The notes beneath the pieces were generated by a model. That model had not been told where the DNA came from. It saw nothing but the letters and a program-made list of their open reading frames with translations, and made no database searches. Both the position numbers and the translations under genes were made by a program. From Glaucostegus cemiculus (Eukaryota), in the NCBI GenBank assembly GCA_976551045.1, contig CDPCPM010000054.1, forward strand, positions 36,890,001 through 36,954,000: a stretch of DNA of 64,000 bases, given 5' to 3'. Below, one piece after another: positions 11,944 through 25,690 of the stretch. Each line of letters begins with the position of its first letter. Position 1 is the first letter of the stretch.

Positions 11944-13235
11944 TGTAGGCAAAAGGCAGGTAACTATAGGCCAGCTAGGTTAATGTCTGTTGCTGGGGAA
12001 AATGCTTTAAGAAATAACAAGGCATCTGGATAGAAGTGGTTCCATCAGGCAGACTGTGGATTTGGGAAGGGCAGGTCCTGTTTGACAAACTTAACTGGAG
12101 TTCTGATGATATAATGAGTGCAGTGGATATAGGGGAACAGGTGGATGTTGTATACTTGGATTTCTAGAAGGCATTCGATAAAGCGCCACATAAAAGACTT
12201 GTGGATAAGATAAGGATGCATGGAGTTGGGAGTAATGTATTAACATGGATAGAGGATTTCTTAACCAATAGAAAGCATAGTTGGGATAAGTGTTTCTCTG
12301 GCTGGCAATCAGTGGGGTGCTGCAGGGGTCAGTGCTGGGCCTGCAACTGTTCACAATATAGTAAAGATTTGGAAGAGGGGAAAGAGTGTAGCACGTATAA
12401 TTTTACTGATTACACTAAATTGAGTGGAAAAAACAAATTCCACAGAGGATGTGGAGAGTCTGCAGAGATATAGATCGGTTAGGTGAGTGTGCAAGGGTCT
12501 GGCAGATGGAGTACAATGTTGGTAAATCTGAGGTCACCCACTTTGGAGGGAAAAATAGATCAGATTATTTAAATGGTGAAAGATTGCAGCATACTGTTGT
12601 GCAGACTGACTTGGGAGTGGCTGTGCATGAATTGCAAAAGGTTATCAGGAAGGCAAATGAAATGTTGGCCTTCATTGCTTGAGTGATTGAGAGCTGGGAG
12701 GTTATGCTGCAACTGCACAGGGTACTGGTGAGGCTGCAACTGGAGTACTGTGTGCAGTTCTGGTCTTCCTTCCTTGAAGGATATAGTGGCTTTGGAGGTG
12801 GTGCAGAGGAGGTTAACCTATGAGGAGAGCTTGAGTCACCTGGGACTATACTTGCTGGAATTCAGAAGAATGAGGGGATCTTGTAGAAATGTATAAAATT
12901 ATGAAAAGGATAAGATAGAGGCAGGAAGGCTGTTTCCACTGGTAGGGGACATGGCCTCAAGATTCTAGGGAATAGATTTAGGAGTTGAGGAAAAATCACT
13001 TTTCTCAGTGAGTAGTGAACCTGTGGAATTCTCTGCCCAGGCAAGCAGAGGCTACCTCATTAAATATATTTAAGACAGTTAGATAATTTTTTCATAGTTG
13101 AGGAATTAAGGGTTATTTGGTTGGGGGGGGGGGGGGTGAAGAAGGCAGGTAGGTGGATTTGAGTTCATGGCCAGATCAGCTATGATCTTATTGAATGGCA
13201 GAGCAGGCTTGACAGGCTCCTATTTCTTACTATGA
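8880..13235 (+). mobile_element. Near-full-length degenerate CR1 LINE (5'UTR, ORF1 zinc finger plus esterase, ORF2 APE-RT), antisense to TENM3
   Basis: ORF1 starts near 9388 (MAGELRPVLCSS, Cys motif CRKC), followed by VVMVHVGTNNI and DGLHL SGNH-like motifs. ORF2 remnants include SPGHDGLHPRV, NYRP, VDVVYLDF*KAFDK, WQMEYNVGK, LEYCVQFWS and NLWNSLP. Many stops and frameshifts. Confidence 0.9.
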
Positions 13236-14150
13236 TCTGAAATTGTTCTTAGCTTCCAGTTTAGAGGACTGGAAAATGCCTTGTTTTCTTTCTGGTACCA
13301 AACAACTCACTATCTGATGCTCTTTTTACCAAGCAATTTACAAAATAAATTCTAAAAATAATGATTTGGCTTTGGCTCCAACTTGGAACAGAAAGAAAAC
13401 ACATCATGCTAGAAACATTCAGCAGCCCAGGCAGCATCTGTAAAGACAAACACCTCAGATCTGATCTTTCATCTCTTTGCAAATCAGCTCCTGCTGCATT
13501 TTGCTTTTGAAAAGAAACAATACACCTGAGTGTTCCTTTATTCAGTTTTGGACCATGGCATGACAAAAACATTCTTGCTTGGAAATTTCTCTGGTCAGTA
13601 GCATTAAACACTAAATTGTAAATTCAGCACCTTGTATTGTTGCTGAAATTTCAAATGATTAACTCCAATTGAATGAATTTCAGCAGCACAGTACAGTGCA
13701 CTGTTATTTCTGTATGACTCTAGTGCTTCCTACTGGGGATCTGTTTTTTAAACTTCACTCAGCCAAACTAAGGAAACTGGCTTAGTTCATGCTACCTTGA
13801 TCAAGACAACCAGAGGCAGGGCATTTAAGTTGCAGTTTGCCAACACTCTACAGTGGTTCAATTTCCACAGCTGCTGTCAGGCAGAACTAGGATGCTCTTA
13901 GTCAAAAAAACTACAAGTCTGAACTTGGTGCTCTGTTTGTATTCCCAAGTAAGACAATTACCTAAGCCATCACACAAATCACATTTGGTGGAAATGATTA
14001 ACACGGGGCTTTAGAAGTCATGGCACATCTGGATTATGGAAATGAAAATATGGATAGTATACTCTGTCTTTAGATGAAAACCTTGTTGCTGTTACCTCAT
14101 GAGCTTCAATGATACACGAGAGCATTTTATTCCAAGTTGCAAAGACTCAC

Positions 14151-14270
14151 ATTCCATCCTGGCGTGTGATGGTGTAGCCATATTGTGGGTAGTGCAGAAA
14201 GGACACGTTCACTCCGATGAGGGGTGTTCCATCTGCTGTGAGGACTTGCCCTCTGATAACAGAGCTCAGG
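14151..14270 (-). CDS. TENM3: Teneurin-3 exon, TTR/Ig-like region (120 nt, phase 2-2)
   Basis: ctaccacag|CCTGAGC...GATGGAAT|gtgagt; [41 protein letters not shown]. Confidence 0.97.
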
Positions 14271-16727
14271 CTGTGGTAGAAGAGCAAGGGAAGAAAACAG
14301 CAAAAATATGAATCAAATTCCTTTTGAAAGAATGTTTTGTGAGCAGGCATGCTCTGTCAATAAAAACACTGCTGGAAAATGCCATTAGAGAATGTGATCA
14401 AATAATGCAGGCAAGGACGTTCCTAACTAATTCATCTTCATGAAACATTAATTTTATTTCAGATATTCTGATTTAATGGAGGGATTCCCCTGACAAGTTA
14501 TCAAGATCAATATGAACCTTGTCTTTCAAATGGAATGCATGCAGCTCCTTTTTCCCCAATGTTCTTTGATTGCACTTGTGATACTTCACCTTAACGTGTC
14601 AATGAGTAATAGGTTTATTATTAAAACTAGCTGGAACTTAATTTGGATTAGAGGATGGGTGGTAGGAAAGAAAGGAACCAGGAAACTGTCATTCCACAAG
14701 CCTTAGTAAATTGACTGGTTAAACTTAACCAGGTTACATGCAGATGTCCAAATTTTGTTGCTGTACATCAGGAGCACATGCTGTGGAAAGGCACCTTCAT
14801 GCTTTTTGTTCTCACTTTGTTTAAAAATAGTTACAAATTCATAAACATCATCGAGTAATTTGTGCACTGCTACTGAATGCAATTAGGGTCTTTATTAAAA
14901 TCATTTATCAGCCTGATTTAGAGTTTTTGACAGACTTTTAAAGGGTTATCCATTTAGCCTGAACCATGGGAAGCAATGTGATTAGTGGATCGCAAATGAT
15001 CTCCCATTAACAACATGAAGACAACACTGTTTTCTCAGACAAAGCACTTGAACAAGATGCAAGTCGTCATTTTCAGGTGTAGCTCCTGCAGTTGTGACTC
15101 TTAATGTCACTCATAGGTAATTTCTAAATATTCTTTATATTGCTTCCTTCCAGTGTTCATGGAACACGACTGAAAACCCTGCAGGTGTGACTTGCTTTAA
15201 GTCTCTGTCAAGCTAAAGAATGCAATTTGAATAGCTTGCTCTGTAACTCTGTTCCTTGGTCAGGAAAAGCCTGCTCTCCACACTGTTGCTCCCCTTCTGT
15301 CCATCTCTTGTAGCCAGTGTGTGGCCAGATCTCTCCTTTTCCCCTCTGATTCTGGCTGAGAAAGCTACTGTGAGATGTCTGAACCAATCTTGCACAGTGA
15401 CAGCAGGTAAAATAGGCAGGAGGAAAAGTGTGCCCATTTTTGTCTATAGACACCATGAGGTGTATGGCTTATCAACTGAAACTTGTGCAGATGGACTGGA
15501 AGTGGCATGTTGTTTCTGTTCTGGAGTCCTCTGATATTAAAAATAACTGATTCCTTCTCTCATGTCCACTCAGCACAGTAGAACCCAAATCAAATTCAAG
15601 TGGGGAACTTATTGGAAAAGGCTTGCCTGACAAAGCTGTTACTTTCTGATTTTTGTAGTGGGGACCAAGTTACATGGAGCTAGTTCCATGCAACTTTGTC
15701 CTGAATTGATGATGCTTCATACACTTTAGTGGTCATTATTAAGCAATTTATAGATCTTGTTAAAAGTCACACAGCTGCCCATTTTCTTCCTTGTCCCTTC
15801 TGATTCTGTATCTCCTTCCAACATGTAGAAACACTTGCTTATCAGTTAGTCTTTGGATCTGATGCAGACTGAACTGTCCTTTGCAGCTGCTGACAGATCT
15901 GCTTTGTCTTTATTTCAGATATCTGACACTTGCATGTTATTTGAGGTGATTGCTTGTTTGCACCTATTAACTGAGAAGCAGTTTGCAAAATATGTGATGC
16001 ATTAAATATCTGCAACACTATCTTGCTACTGTTCATAATATGATAGAAACCAAAACAGATTGGTACACTGGGCAGTCAGGTTAACAATCAGTATCCTGCT
16101 CAGGTATTTATTAATATTATTTTCAATCTTTTGCTTCAACTATAGTATTGTTTTGGGGTTATTAAGCCCTTACAGTTCCCAGATAAAACAGTTTCAGCTT
16201 AGTGATACCTGAATCCAAACAGATGGGATGCCAACAAACAGCCTTAGCAAATCTGTAATCTGCACTCTAACATGTTTTTTTCCTGTAAAATGTTTGCAGA
16301 GATTTCCTCTGCATAATCAATTATTTAAAGACATTTCAATGTAACCACACTGAAATCCCTCTCTCTGCACCTCTCCAGGAAATTAAACATCATTGTCATC
16401 AAAGTGGATGTGCAATCAACCGGGTAATACACTGCAGTCCACTTATGGACAACTTATGAGTAAACAATGTAATATTAAGTAAGAAGGATGGACAATCACC
16501 GCAACACCTTCAAATTAGTTTTTCTCAAAAAAAGGGAGGGGAAAAATTAGTCCTGTGTTTAAGGTACTAAATGCAAAATATGCACACTGGACTCCTCTTC
16601 TGAAATGATGATTAAATTTCAGAAATGGAGTTTAGTATGCTTGTGACGGCAGGACAAATTGTTAATTCTACAAATCCAGAGAGCTCTACAACACACACAG
16701 GCCTTTTGGACCACTGAGTCCATGTCT

Positions 16728-17310
16728 TTTTTTAACAAAATAAACTTTATTCATGATAAAAAATACTATATACAATAAAGTTCAAACCATTACATTCATG
16801 TACAATTCCATTCTTAGTGTTGCCTTTTTATATGTACAGAACACAGCACCAATGCCACACGTGTGGCTTCCTGGGGTGATACCCCAGTCACATATTTACA
16901 ACATTTGAGGGCCTTCCTCACCTGACCCTGCCCTTCCCTCTCCTGTGGCAGAAGAACCCTAGACTGTCATCCTTCCCCACCGAGCCCTTGTGCTGGCTGC
17001 ACCCAGCTTCAGTGCATCCCTCAGCACATACTCCTGCAGCCTGGAATGTGCCAGTTGGCAGCATTCCTCTATGGACATCTCACAGTGCTGGCAGACCAAC
17101 AACTTTTGGGCAGACCAAAGGGTGTCTTTCACCGAGTTGATGACCCTCCAGCAGCAGTTGATGTCTGTCTCTGTGTGCGTCCCCGGGAACAGCCCAGAGA
17201 ACAGAGAGTCCTCTGTTATGCAGCTACTGGGGATGAACCGTGTCAAGCACCCTTGCATCTTATGCCACACCCTCCTCGCAAACCTACAGTCTGCAAAGAG
17301 GTGTGTTGAC
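16728..17310 (-). mobile_element. 5'-truncated Tx1/L1-clade LINE 3' end with polyA signal
   Basis: HLFADCRFARRVW (zinc-knuckle remnant)...LQEYVLRDALKLG; open to a stop at 16959; 3'UTR, then AATAAA and an A-rich tail near 16728-16752. Confidence 0.8.
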
Positions 17311-17840
17311 CTATCTATAAATCTCATTTACTAGCCCTTGAACCATAGCTTTCTACATCTTGCAATTCAAGTTCTCATCCAGATACTTTTTAAATGTTGT
17401 GAGTGTACTGGCCTCCACCATTTTCTCAGGCAGTGCAATCCAGATTTCGACCACCCACTGGTGAAAATTCTTTCTCAGTTCCCCTCTAATCCTTACTCCT
17501 TACCTTAAACTTGTGCCCTCTGTTATGCAGAAAAGTTTCTCACTATCCATGTCCCTCATGGAAAACAAATCCAGCCTACCCAGTCTCTTCTCGTCTCTCA
17601 AATATTCCATCCCAAGCAACATCCTGGTGATACTCTTCTGCACCCACTCCAGTATAATCATGTCCTTCCTATAGTGTGGTGATCAGAACTGCATAATACT
17701 CCACCTTTGCCTAACTGAAGTTTTATAGAGTTGTACCATAACCTCCATGTCTTTATATTCTGTGCTCCATCTAGTGAAAGCCAGCATCCTGTATGCCACT
17801 TCACCACCTTGTCTTGGATCCCATGGACTATTAACCTTAT
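17310..17840 (-). mobile_element. CR1 3' fragment (its tail continues at ~16690-16727)
   Basis: Reverse complement shows cagttctgatcaccacactataggaaggac and tggaatctggattgcactgcctg, CR1 ORF2 end motifs. Confidence 0.75.
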
Positions 17841-19769
17841 CAACTAACATTTAAAGCTGTGTTAGTGTCCATATTTTTACAGATCATTAAAGCCACCTTA
17901 AGTAGATAAGAGCTGTCGACTACATGGAAATCTTATTTTGTACTGTTCTTATCCGCAAGAACTTTCAAACAAGCTTGGATTAAAGCAGATTAAAATGGCT
18001 TTGAAATGATTGTGGAAAAAAATTAGAGTATATCAGTAAGGTTCAATCAGTTCTGAATTTCTATAACCACCTGCACTTGGTTACAGTATTTATTCACGTA
18101 GGTTGTGCATCACAAAAATGATTGGCAGTTAAGTATTTTTAGATATCATAAAAAGCAGTCTACAAATGCAAGAGACTTTTCTTTGACTGTCCTTGCACAA
18201 CTGTAAATTCAAGGATTAAAAATGTGGATCCTTTCTATTCTAATTTTCTGTTAAATTCAGTTCCTTTCCATGACACTCTGCACCACAATTCCATTCACCT
18301 AAACATTGAACATCTAGATTCTCGCTCTTCAATACATCCTGCAGAACAGTGAGGCCATTAGATCTATCCTGTCCATGTTACCACTTATGAGGTATCCAGT
18401 TGGTCCCTCATACCTGTTCTTCCTTTATGGCTAGGGAATTATTTTACTTTTCAAATTCCTATCCAACTCCCTTTTGAAAGTCATTACTGAATTAGCTTTT
18501 GCCACATGGGTTCCCCAGACTATAAAAAAAATTGCTGCATTAATATTTTTTTCCACCATGTCTGGCTCTTTTTGTCAATTATCTAAATCAGCGTCCCCTG
18601 ATTACACTCTCTCCTGCTAGCAGAAACAATTTTTCCTTGTGGTCTATCAGCATCCCTGGCAATTTTGAATAGTTCCACTAAATTTTCCCTTGATCTTCTC
18701 TGCTTTAAAGGTAGCAATTTTGTTCTCTGGTCTTTGCACACAGCTTGTTCATCTTGGTGTACAAGTCCATAGATCCCCAAAGATGGCAACACAGGAAGAT
18801 AAAGTCTTGAAGATGACACATGGGATGCTGGCCTTCATTAGTTGGGAGATGAAATACAAGAGCATGGAGGTCTTGGAAATGAGGATTTGGTGGTTGGCAT
18901 AGACATAGTGGGTCAAAAGGCCTATTTCTGTGCTGTGTGGCTCTGTGACTATGGATATCTTTATTAGTCACATGTATTTTGCTGTGTTTGGATACACATT
19001 TTTTCAGTGCTGTTCTGGGGCAGCCTGCAAGTGTTGCCACGCTCTGGTGCAAACATAGCATGCCCACAAGTTCCTAACCTCCACATCTCTAGAATGTGGG
19101 AGAAAACCAGACCACCCGGAGGAAATTCACACAGTCACGGGGAGAATGTACAAACTCCTTAAAGACAGCAACTGGATTTGAATAGCTGAACTTCTTGCCA
19201 TTTCCTGGCATAACTTAGCCAGTTTGGCTTCCTTTAAATGACTGGCAGCCAACTGGTACATTCCTGCTACTGCCTTTTGAGGAATTTAGTTAGGACTATT
19301 CTTTTGGTTTCCACCCCTGTTGTGTACCAATCTTGCCTGGAATTGTTGGGAGGTGAAGGTGAAAGTCCATCAGAATTGCAACTCCAAACCAGAAGGTACA
19401 GAGGTTGGGAGAGAACAGCATTAGGCTGAGCTTTGATGCCCTGCAGTCATCATTCATTGTCCAGTCTGACCACTGAATAATACTACTTGGCAGATGTAAG
19501 AGGCAGATGGAGACTGCATAATTGCACCAAAGCAGGGAAGCAGTGTTCAGTGGTGTACTGATAGGTGCTGTGTGACTGCATCCCAATAGCGACCCATCCC
19601 CTTTAGGAAAGGGGAAGCAACCAGAGGCAAAAATAACAACATGCTGCCCTGGGACACTTCATATACATGCTAGCAAGAGAGAAAAGGAACATTGAGACTT
19701 CCACCACCAACTGAAGCTGGCTAAGTAAAGTTGATTCAGATAAAAATGTTGTTCAGCATGTTTGTGGTA

Positions 19770-20290
19770 GAACATAGAACATTACAGCACAGTACAGGCC
19801 CTTCAGCCCACAATGTTGTGCCAACATTTTGTCCTGTTCTGAGATCTATCTGACCCTTCCCTCCCACACAGCCCTCCATTTCTCTATCATTCATGTGTCT
19901 AAGAGTCTCTTATGTCCCTAATGTATCTGCCCCCTCAACCTCTGCTGGCAGTGTTTCACAAACCACTCTGTAACAAAAAAATCTTACCCCTGACATCCCT
20001 GTTATCTTCCTCCAATCACCTTTAAAATTATGTCCCCCTTGTGTTAGCCATTGTAACCCTGGGAAGAAGTCTGACTGTCCACTTGATCTCTGCCTCTTAT
20101 TGTCTTGTCTATCAAGTCACCTCTCATCCTTCTCCAAAGAGAAGCCCCAGCTTGCTCAACCTATCCTCATAAGACATGTTCTCCAATCCGGGCAACATCC
20201 TGCTAAATCCCCTCTGCACCCTCTCTAAAGCTTCCACATCCTTCCTAATAATGAGGCAAGCAGAACTGAACACAATACTCCATGTGTATT
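19770..20290 (-). mobile_element. CR1 3' fragment with intact tail
   Basis: tagaacatagaacattacagcacagtacaggcccttcagccc terminal repeat; ...gaactgaacacaatactcca (LEYCVQF). Confidence 0.85.
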
Positions 20291-20543
20291 AGCTATGGTA
20301 ACCGTCCTATTGAAGAGTCAGATCCAGGAATGAAGCTTAAAATCATCTGACTCTGAGGAGAGTACTCTCCTCAATCTCCTTGCTAAGAGACTCCAATGTG
20401 TTTCCATGGCTTAAGAAAACAATCCAAAGTGTGCTGGAAAAATAGTTTGGACAAACTCTATTAGATTCTAACAAAATAGTCAACATGCTACATCACTGTG
20501 TGGTTGGATTTATCTGCACTCATTTCAGCATTGATAGACTAAC

Positions 20544-20760
20544 CTGCTGTTGAAAGGATTTTCCCCAGGTAGGACATGACTGCTTTCTGGTTCAATGAGA
20601 AACTTAATTCTGTCGTGGAAGGACCTGGCAGCTTGTTGGGAGGGTGGCTGCTGGCTTTGACCAATTATGTCCAGTGGGTCCGGTGATCCGCGGCAGTATG
20701 GCTGGTTTTGGCAGGCACTGTGTAGGCAGCAGTCGGGATCCATGCAGTCGACCAGTCCAT
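20544..20760 (-). CDS. TENM3: Teneurin-3 exon, Cys-rich region (217 nt, phase 1-2)
   Basis: cattctgcag|ATGGACTG...AACAGCAG|gttagt; [72 protein letters not shown]. Confidence 0.97.
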
Positions 20761-23139
20761 CTGCAGAATGGGAAAGCATTCAAGTGAAGATTCAACCATA
20801 TGCAAAGACTTGGGTTTACCACCATGTTTAAAACAGCAGTACATGCAGAGTTATTTCAACATTCATTCAAAAGTGGCAACAGAGGCCTTGTGTGTCTATA
20901 AGTATATGTATATTTAGTAGTTTTGAAGAAATTCTTAATTTATATTTGAACAGTAGCTTGAACCCTTTTAGGGTTGGTGCCTTGAATAAGATAACGGGAG
21001 AAGGATGCCATTGCTGACAATGCTAATCAGGTGGTGTAACATCAAGGCTGGGTTTTTTTTAAACTTCTGACTTTGCAGAGGAAACTGTCAATCATAACAT
21101 AGCTGCAGGATGCAGTCAAGCACACTGCAGAACATTTGGCACTCCTGAAATATTAATCTGTCTTTTGCTTTCCAATGCCGAAACATGCGAGGTGGAGCTG
21201 CTGAACCATCTTCTGTTGGTAACTTGGCAAAAATAACCCCAGAATAATCACACAAGAAAACACCAACTATTATCACCAGCTTCAATGCTCCAATGTACTT
21301 TTTTATTAATCATATATTTGCATTTCAGATTTTGTAGTTTCCTTTTTCCACTACTTGTATGGAAGAGAATGCAGCAATCAGTCAAACTGTAATAAGAACA
21401 GAAAATGCTGGAAATACTCAGCAGGTCAGGCAGCAGCTGAGGAGAGCGAAACAGTTTGCTTCATCAGTTCAGCTGAGGTTGAAGTTCAGTTTTTCTCCCA
21501 AATAATCCAATGGTGTTTCAACACTAATGTCCACAATTTCCAGAGAATGAATGTCAAAAAAATAGGTCCTAAGCCCAGTCAGATACTAAGGGTTGTGCCC
21601 CTACAAGAAGACTGAAGGCTTGCAATATTGGAACTTGCACCTGATATTTGCATTCTTATCCCCAGATTCAGGTTTGTAAATATCCACATAAACTTGCATT
21701 TTAGCATTTGCTTCTCTGAAAATTAACATTTTGTGGGGTTGGAATCAATGGGAAAAGAGGAATTAATGCTGAGATGACCCTAAATTTCTACAGTGATGAC
21801 CTGCAGCTGCAGCAGGGTCCTTTACCCCAAATCTAATGTTTCCCTTTATGTAGTTCATAACAAAAAAATTTTAGGGAGCAACTTTTTTTTAGGGAATGTG
21901 CCTGTGCATAGTTGCAAAATCACTCCCATACATTCACTTGCATTTTGCTAAATGTATCATGGTTGCTTTAAATCTCATTTTGATTATTAAATAAAGTGGA
22001 ATATCCAGGAGAACTTTCATTTTCCCAGAGACAGAAGAAGTGTGTTGTTTGGTTGGCTGCAGAATAAATACAAATGCAGTGCCGAGAGAGTTAAAAGCTC
22101 ATTTTCAGGATTGCTGCTGCACAGTCCTTTCCCTCAGGAAATATAGAAGGAAAGTAGAGGAAGAGGCTCTCTCAAATTCAGTCATTCATCTTTGTTAGTT
22201 TATGTAAAGCAAACGTACATCTGGCTCGTAGTCTGCAGGTCATAAAACAGCAAGAGATTGACACCCACAGAACTAATCAGCTGGAAATGCATTTTTACAA
22301 GCTTCTCGGAAAACATCAATCAGAAGCGAGAATCTCATTTTCAGCTGCTGGGAAGGAGCCTGAGTTTCTCGATGGTGTTTATCAACTACACGCCCGAGTG
22401 AGTGACGGATGACTGTGGAATTGTTTTCCCGTGACTTGAGATGTTATTCGTCATTATTTGTTGCCCTCATACAGCCTGCACTATTTACTGCTGGTGACTT
22501 GATTACACTGTTGTTCATGGGGGGAAAAGAAAGGCATCCTCTGCTGTATTACATGGCAACTGGAATGCAAGGGCTCCCCTGGTCATTGCGGAGTCCATCA
22601 TTGCACTGGAACTGAGATGATCAGTAGAGTAACCTATACGAGTGCCATAAACAAAAGTAAAAGCACGTAACCCTATAATCGTCATGTAAACTGCAGATGC
22701 TGGATATCTGAAATGAAATCTGATCACATTCAGCAGGTCAGGCAGCATCTGTGGAATAAGAAACAGTTCATGTTCCAGCTCCAAAACCCTCTATCAGAAC
22801 AATAAAAGTGAGAAAGCCTGGTGATAATACTTATGCAATGGTTCCTATTGACATACTGCATTGCTGGACTCGCTTGAAAAACTGCAGTACTGAGCAAAGG
22901 CAGCATTAACACTTAATTCCAACAGTGGTCAAACTAAGTAAATGTGCAATTGAAAAGCTACCATCAGTAGTGGTGACCATGAAATATTGGATTGTTATTT
23001 AAAAACCTATCTGGTTTGTTAATACTTCCAGCAAATGATTCAATTGAAACAAAATACTAGAAATCATAAATATCTGCTGGAAATGCAGTATAATCTGTTT
23101 GGAAATCCTGATGGTTTGGCATCTGGCTTATTGGGTGAT

Positions 23140-23372
23140 GTTTCCTGCATAGTCTTTAAATTCACCAGTGTCCCATTCCTACTCTCGTGATAAACTCACT
23201 AGGGCCATTTGCAGCACTCCTTGGAAACCTCGCTAGACCCACTCCCACATTCCTTTTAAACTCACTGGGGCCAGATTACCACACACCCTTTAAACTTAAC
23301 AGAGCCCTGTTTCCTGCCTCCCTTTAAATGAACTGTGTTCTATTTCCTGTGTTCTCTTTAAACTCGTGTGGT
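23140..23372. repeat. Degenerate minisatellite, about 7 copies of a 33-34 bp unit
   Basis: A tttaaactcac-like anchor recurs at ~23155, 23189, 23221, 23254, 23288, 23323 and 23357. Confidence 0.8.
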
Positions 23373-24199
23373 TCACTGAAAGATTTATATTACTGTGTAA
23401 CATCTAATTAAACTGATTTAAAAGTGGGTTGAGGAATTAATAGGAGTAACATCCAATAATCCAGAAAATCTACTGAGGGCTGAAGTATCAGAGTTTTGCT
23501 ATACTCAGGAGATCAGGCAGACCAATAGGGTGAGAAATAAGAGTTTCAGGCCAATGACTTTTCAGCAGAATTGGGTGAAGTTAGAAATTACACAAATTGG
23601 AGAGAGAATGAAAAGGAAGGTCTGTGATGGGGTGAAGTCAGGAAAGATCTAAGTAAGTGGTGACAGTGCTGACTGACAGAGGGTGGGAAAGGCTAGTGAA
23701 TGACAAAAGGTACTTCTGGGGGATATGCAACCAGGAGATAACGGAATATGACATTACCAAAGAGAAAGCCATGCCACACTGAAAATAGATATAATACTGG
23801 AATGGTTCACAACCTGAAGTTGATGGCTGTAATAAGTTCAGTCAGAAGATGAAATGCTGTTTCTTGAGCTTGCTTTGGGTATTGTTGGAACAGTGCAAAA
23901 GGTCAAAGGCAGAGACGAGAGTGTGGGGGTGGGATGGAGAATGAGGTGACTGGAATCTCAGAGCTGCCCTTGGAGGTGCTTTGCAAAGTGATCACCCAAT
24001 CTGCATTTTGTTTCTCCAATATAGAAGATATACATCGAGGGGACCAAATGCAAATTAAACTGAAAATGAGTACAAGTAACTCTATCATTGTTATCTGATC
24101 TGGCTCACATAAGACTCTGGATGTGTATCAATGTAGTTGATTCTTAAACCCTCCATGGAGGCATGCATGCTGCATGTGGCCTTGGAAATTTAGAAAAGT

Positions 24200-24640
24200 A
24201 AAAGTTGACAAAGGAAGTCCATACTACAAAGCTAAAGTCTAACAAACACTGGTGAGACTTCTGGAGTATTGTCTGTAGTAGTGGTCTCCATATTTAACAA
24301 AAAATGTTAATGCATTGGAAGCAATTCAGAGAAGGTTTACCAGACTAATACCTGGAATGGGCAGGTTGTCTTATGCAGAAAGATTCGACAGGCTGGAGTT
24401 GTGCCTTTTGGGAGTTTAGAAGAATGAGAGGGGATTTGACAGAAACATAAGATCCCACTGGGTCCTGCCAGGGTGGATGTGGAAAGGATCTTTCCTCTTG
24501 GGGGCCACTATTTAAAGATAAAAGGTCACCCATTTAAGACAGGAATGAAGTGACTTTTTTCCTCCCAGAGTCCTGCTTCCTCAAAATGTGTTGGAAGTGG
24601 AATCTTTGAATACTTTTAAAACAGAGGTGGATAGATTCAT
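24200..24640 (+). mobile_element. CR1 3' fragment; other decayed copies at ~3440-3830, 4400-5030, 6660-6960, 25000-25370, 30600-31260, 32830-33280, 35550-35840
   Basis: ctggagtattgt...gagtttagaagaatgagagggg; the copy at 32846 reads LRRMRGDHIETY...QRVVNLWNSLP. Confidence 0.75.
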
Positions 24641-25399
24641 GATCACCACGTTCAGATGGGGATTTTGTAGACCAGTAATCTACGCCTGCCTTGATTCAAA
24701 TGCTTCTAGTGTTCATAGATGATGACATGAAAAGTTACTGCATGAAATGGTTGTAACTTGAGGGATTTAAGGAAGCAATAGAGTATTTCAACTGTTACTG
24801 CACCATGTTACAAATATTACAGTGCAAGTATATTGTAATGTAGGCATTTGTGGATTACACTGGGGAAAAAACATGAGTTGAAAGGGAAATATAATCATGC
24901 ATTTCTGCAGCAAGACAAACTACAAAAATGCAGCTTTATATAGCAAATGAGGCTCTCTTGAAATGCAGGTCCAATTGGAAAGAAGGAAACAGCAAACAAG
25001 GATGAGGCAGCACCGTTACACTGGAGAAGCTGGAGTTTTTCTCCTTGGAGCAAGATTGAGGGGATATTTGATTGAGGCGTGCAAGGTTATGTCAAGTTTA
25101 GATAGGGGAAATAGAGACAAGCCTTTTCCATTAGTGAATGATTCAAGGAGCACAGGAGAAGCATTTAAAGTGATGGGCAAAAGAAAGAGAGGAATTGTGA
25201 GGTAATTTTTTACATGCAGTGGTCAGGATATGGAATTCCGTATCTGTAATACGGTGGGGACAGAGTAATCTGGGGCTTTCAAAGATGGAAGGAAAATAAT
25301 TTGCTAGGATATTGGGGGGAAAAAGTAGGTCAATGAGAATTGTTCTACTGAGAATTTGCATGGGCTGACATAATATAACAACTCTATTGTTATATACTA

Positions 25400-25690
25400 T
25401 CGTTATATTTTCCACACAACAACCTTCCACAAGTAGGAATGTGATGAAGATAATCTGTTTGTATGAGGCTGACTGAGCAGCAAATATGGACCAAAGGGAG
25501 AACCCTGTAGCTCTTCCTCAAATGTTAGTCCAGCACAGGAGGGCTCAGTTTAATGTCTAACCATAACAATGCAAAATCTGACGAGTGTAGCTCTCCTTCA
25601 GTACTGGAAAGGAGTCTCAGTATGGATTAAATCTCTGGTGTGGGGTATGACTACAATTTTAAGACACAGAGGCAAAAGTGAGAAACAGCA
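25400..25690 (-). mobile_element. Old Deu-domain-like SINE; related tails at ~18110-18185, 28350-28480, 34520-34610, 42070-42160
   Basis: Reverse complement cttttgcctctgtgtc...cagtactgaaggagagct...gacattaaactgagccc resembles the SacSINE1/DeuSINE consensus as recalled. Confidence 0.5.

Noticed and set aside
23140-23372. CRISPR-like periodicity
   Set aside because: Contiguous diverged tandem units with no unique spacers and no cas genes, in a vertebrate intron.
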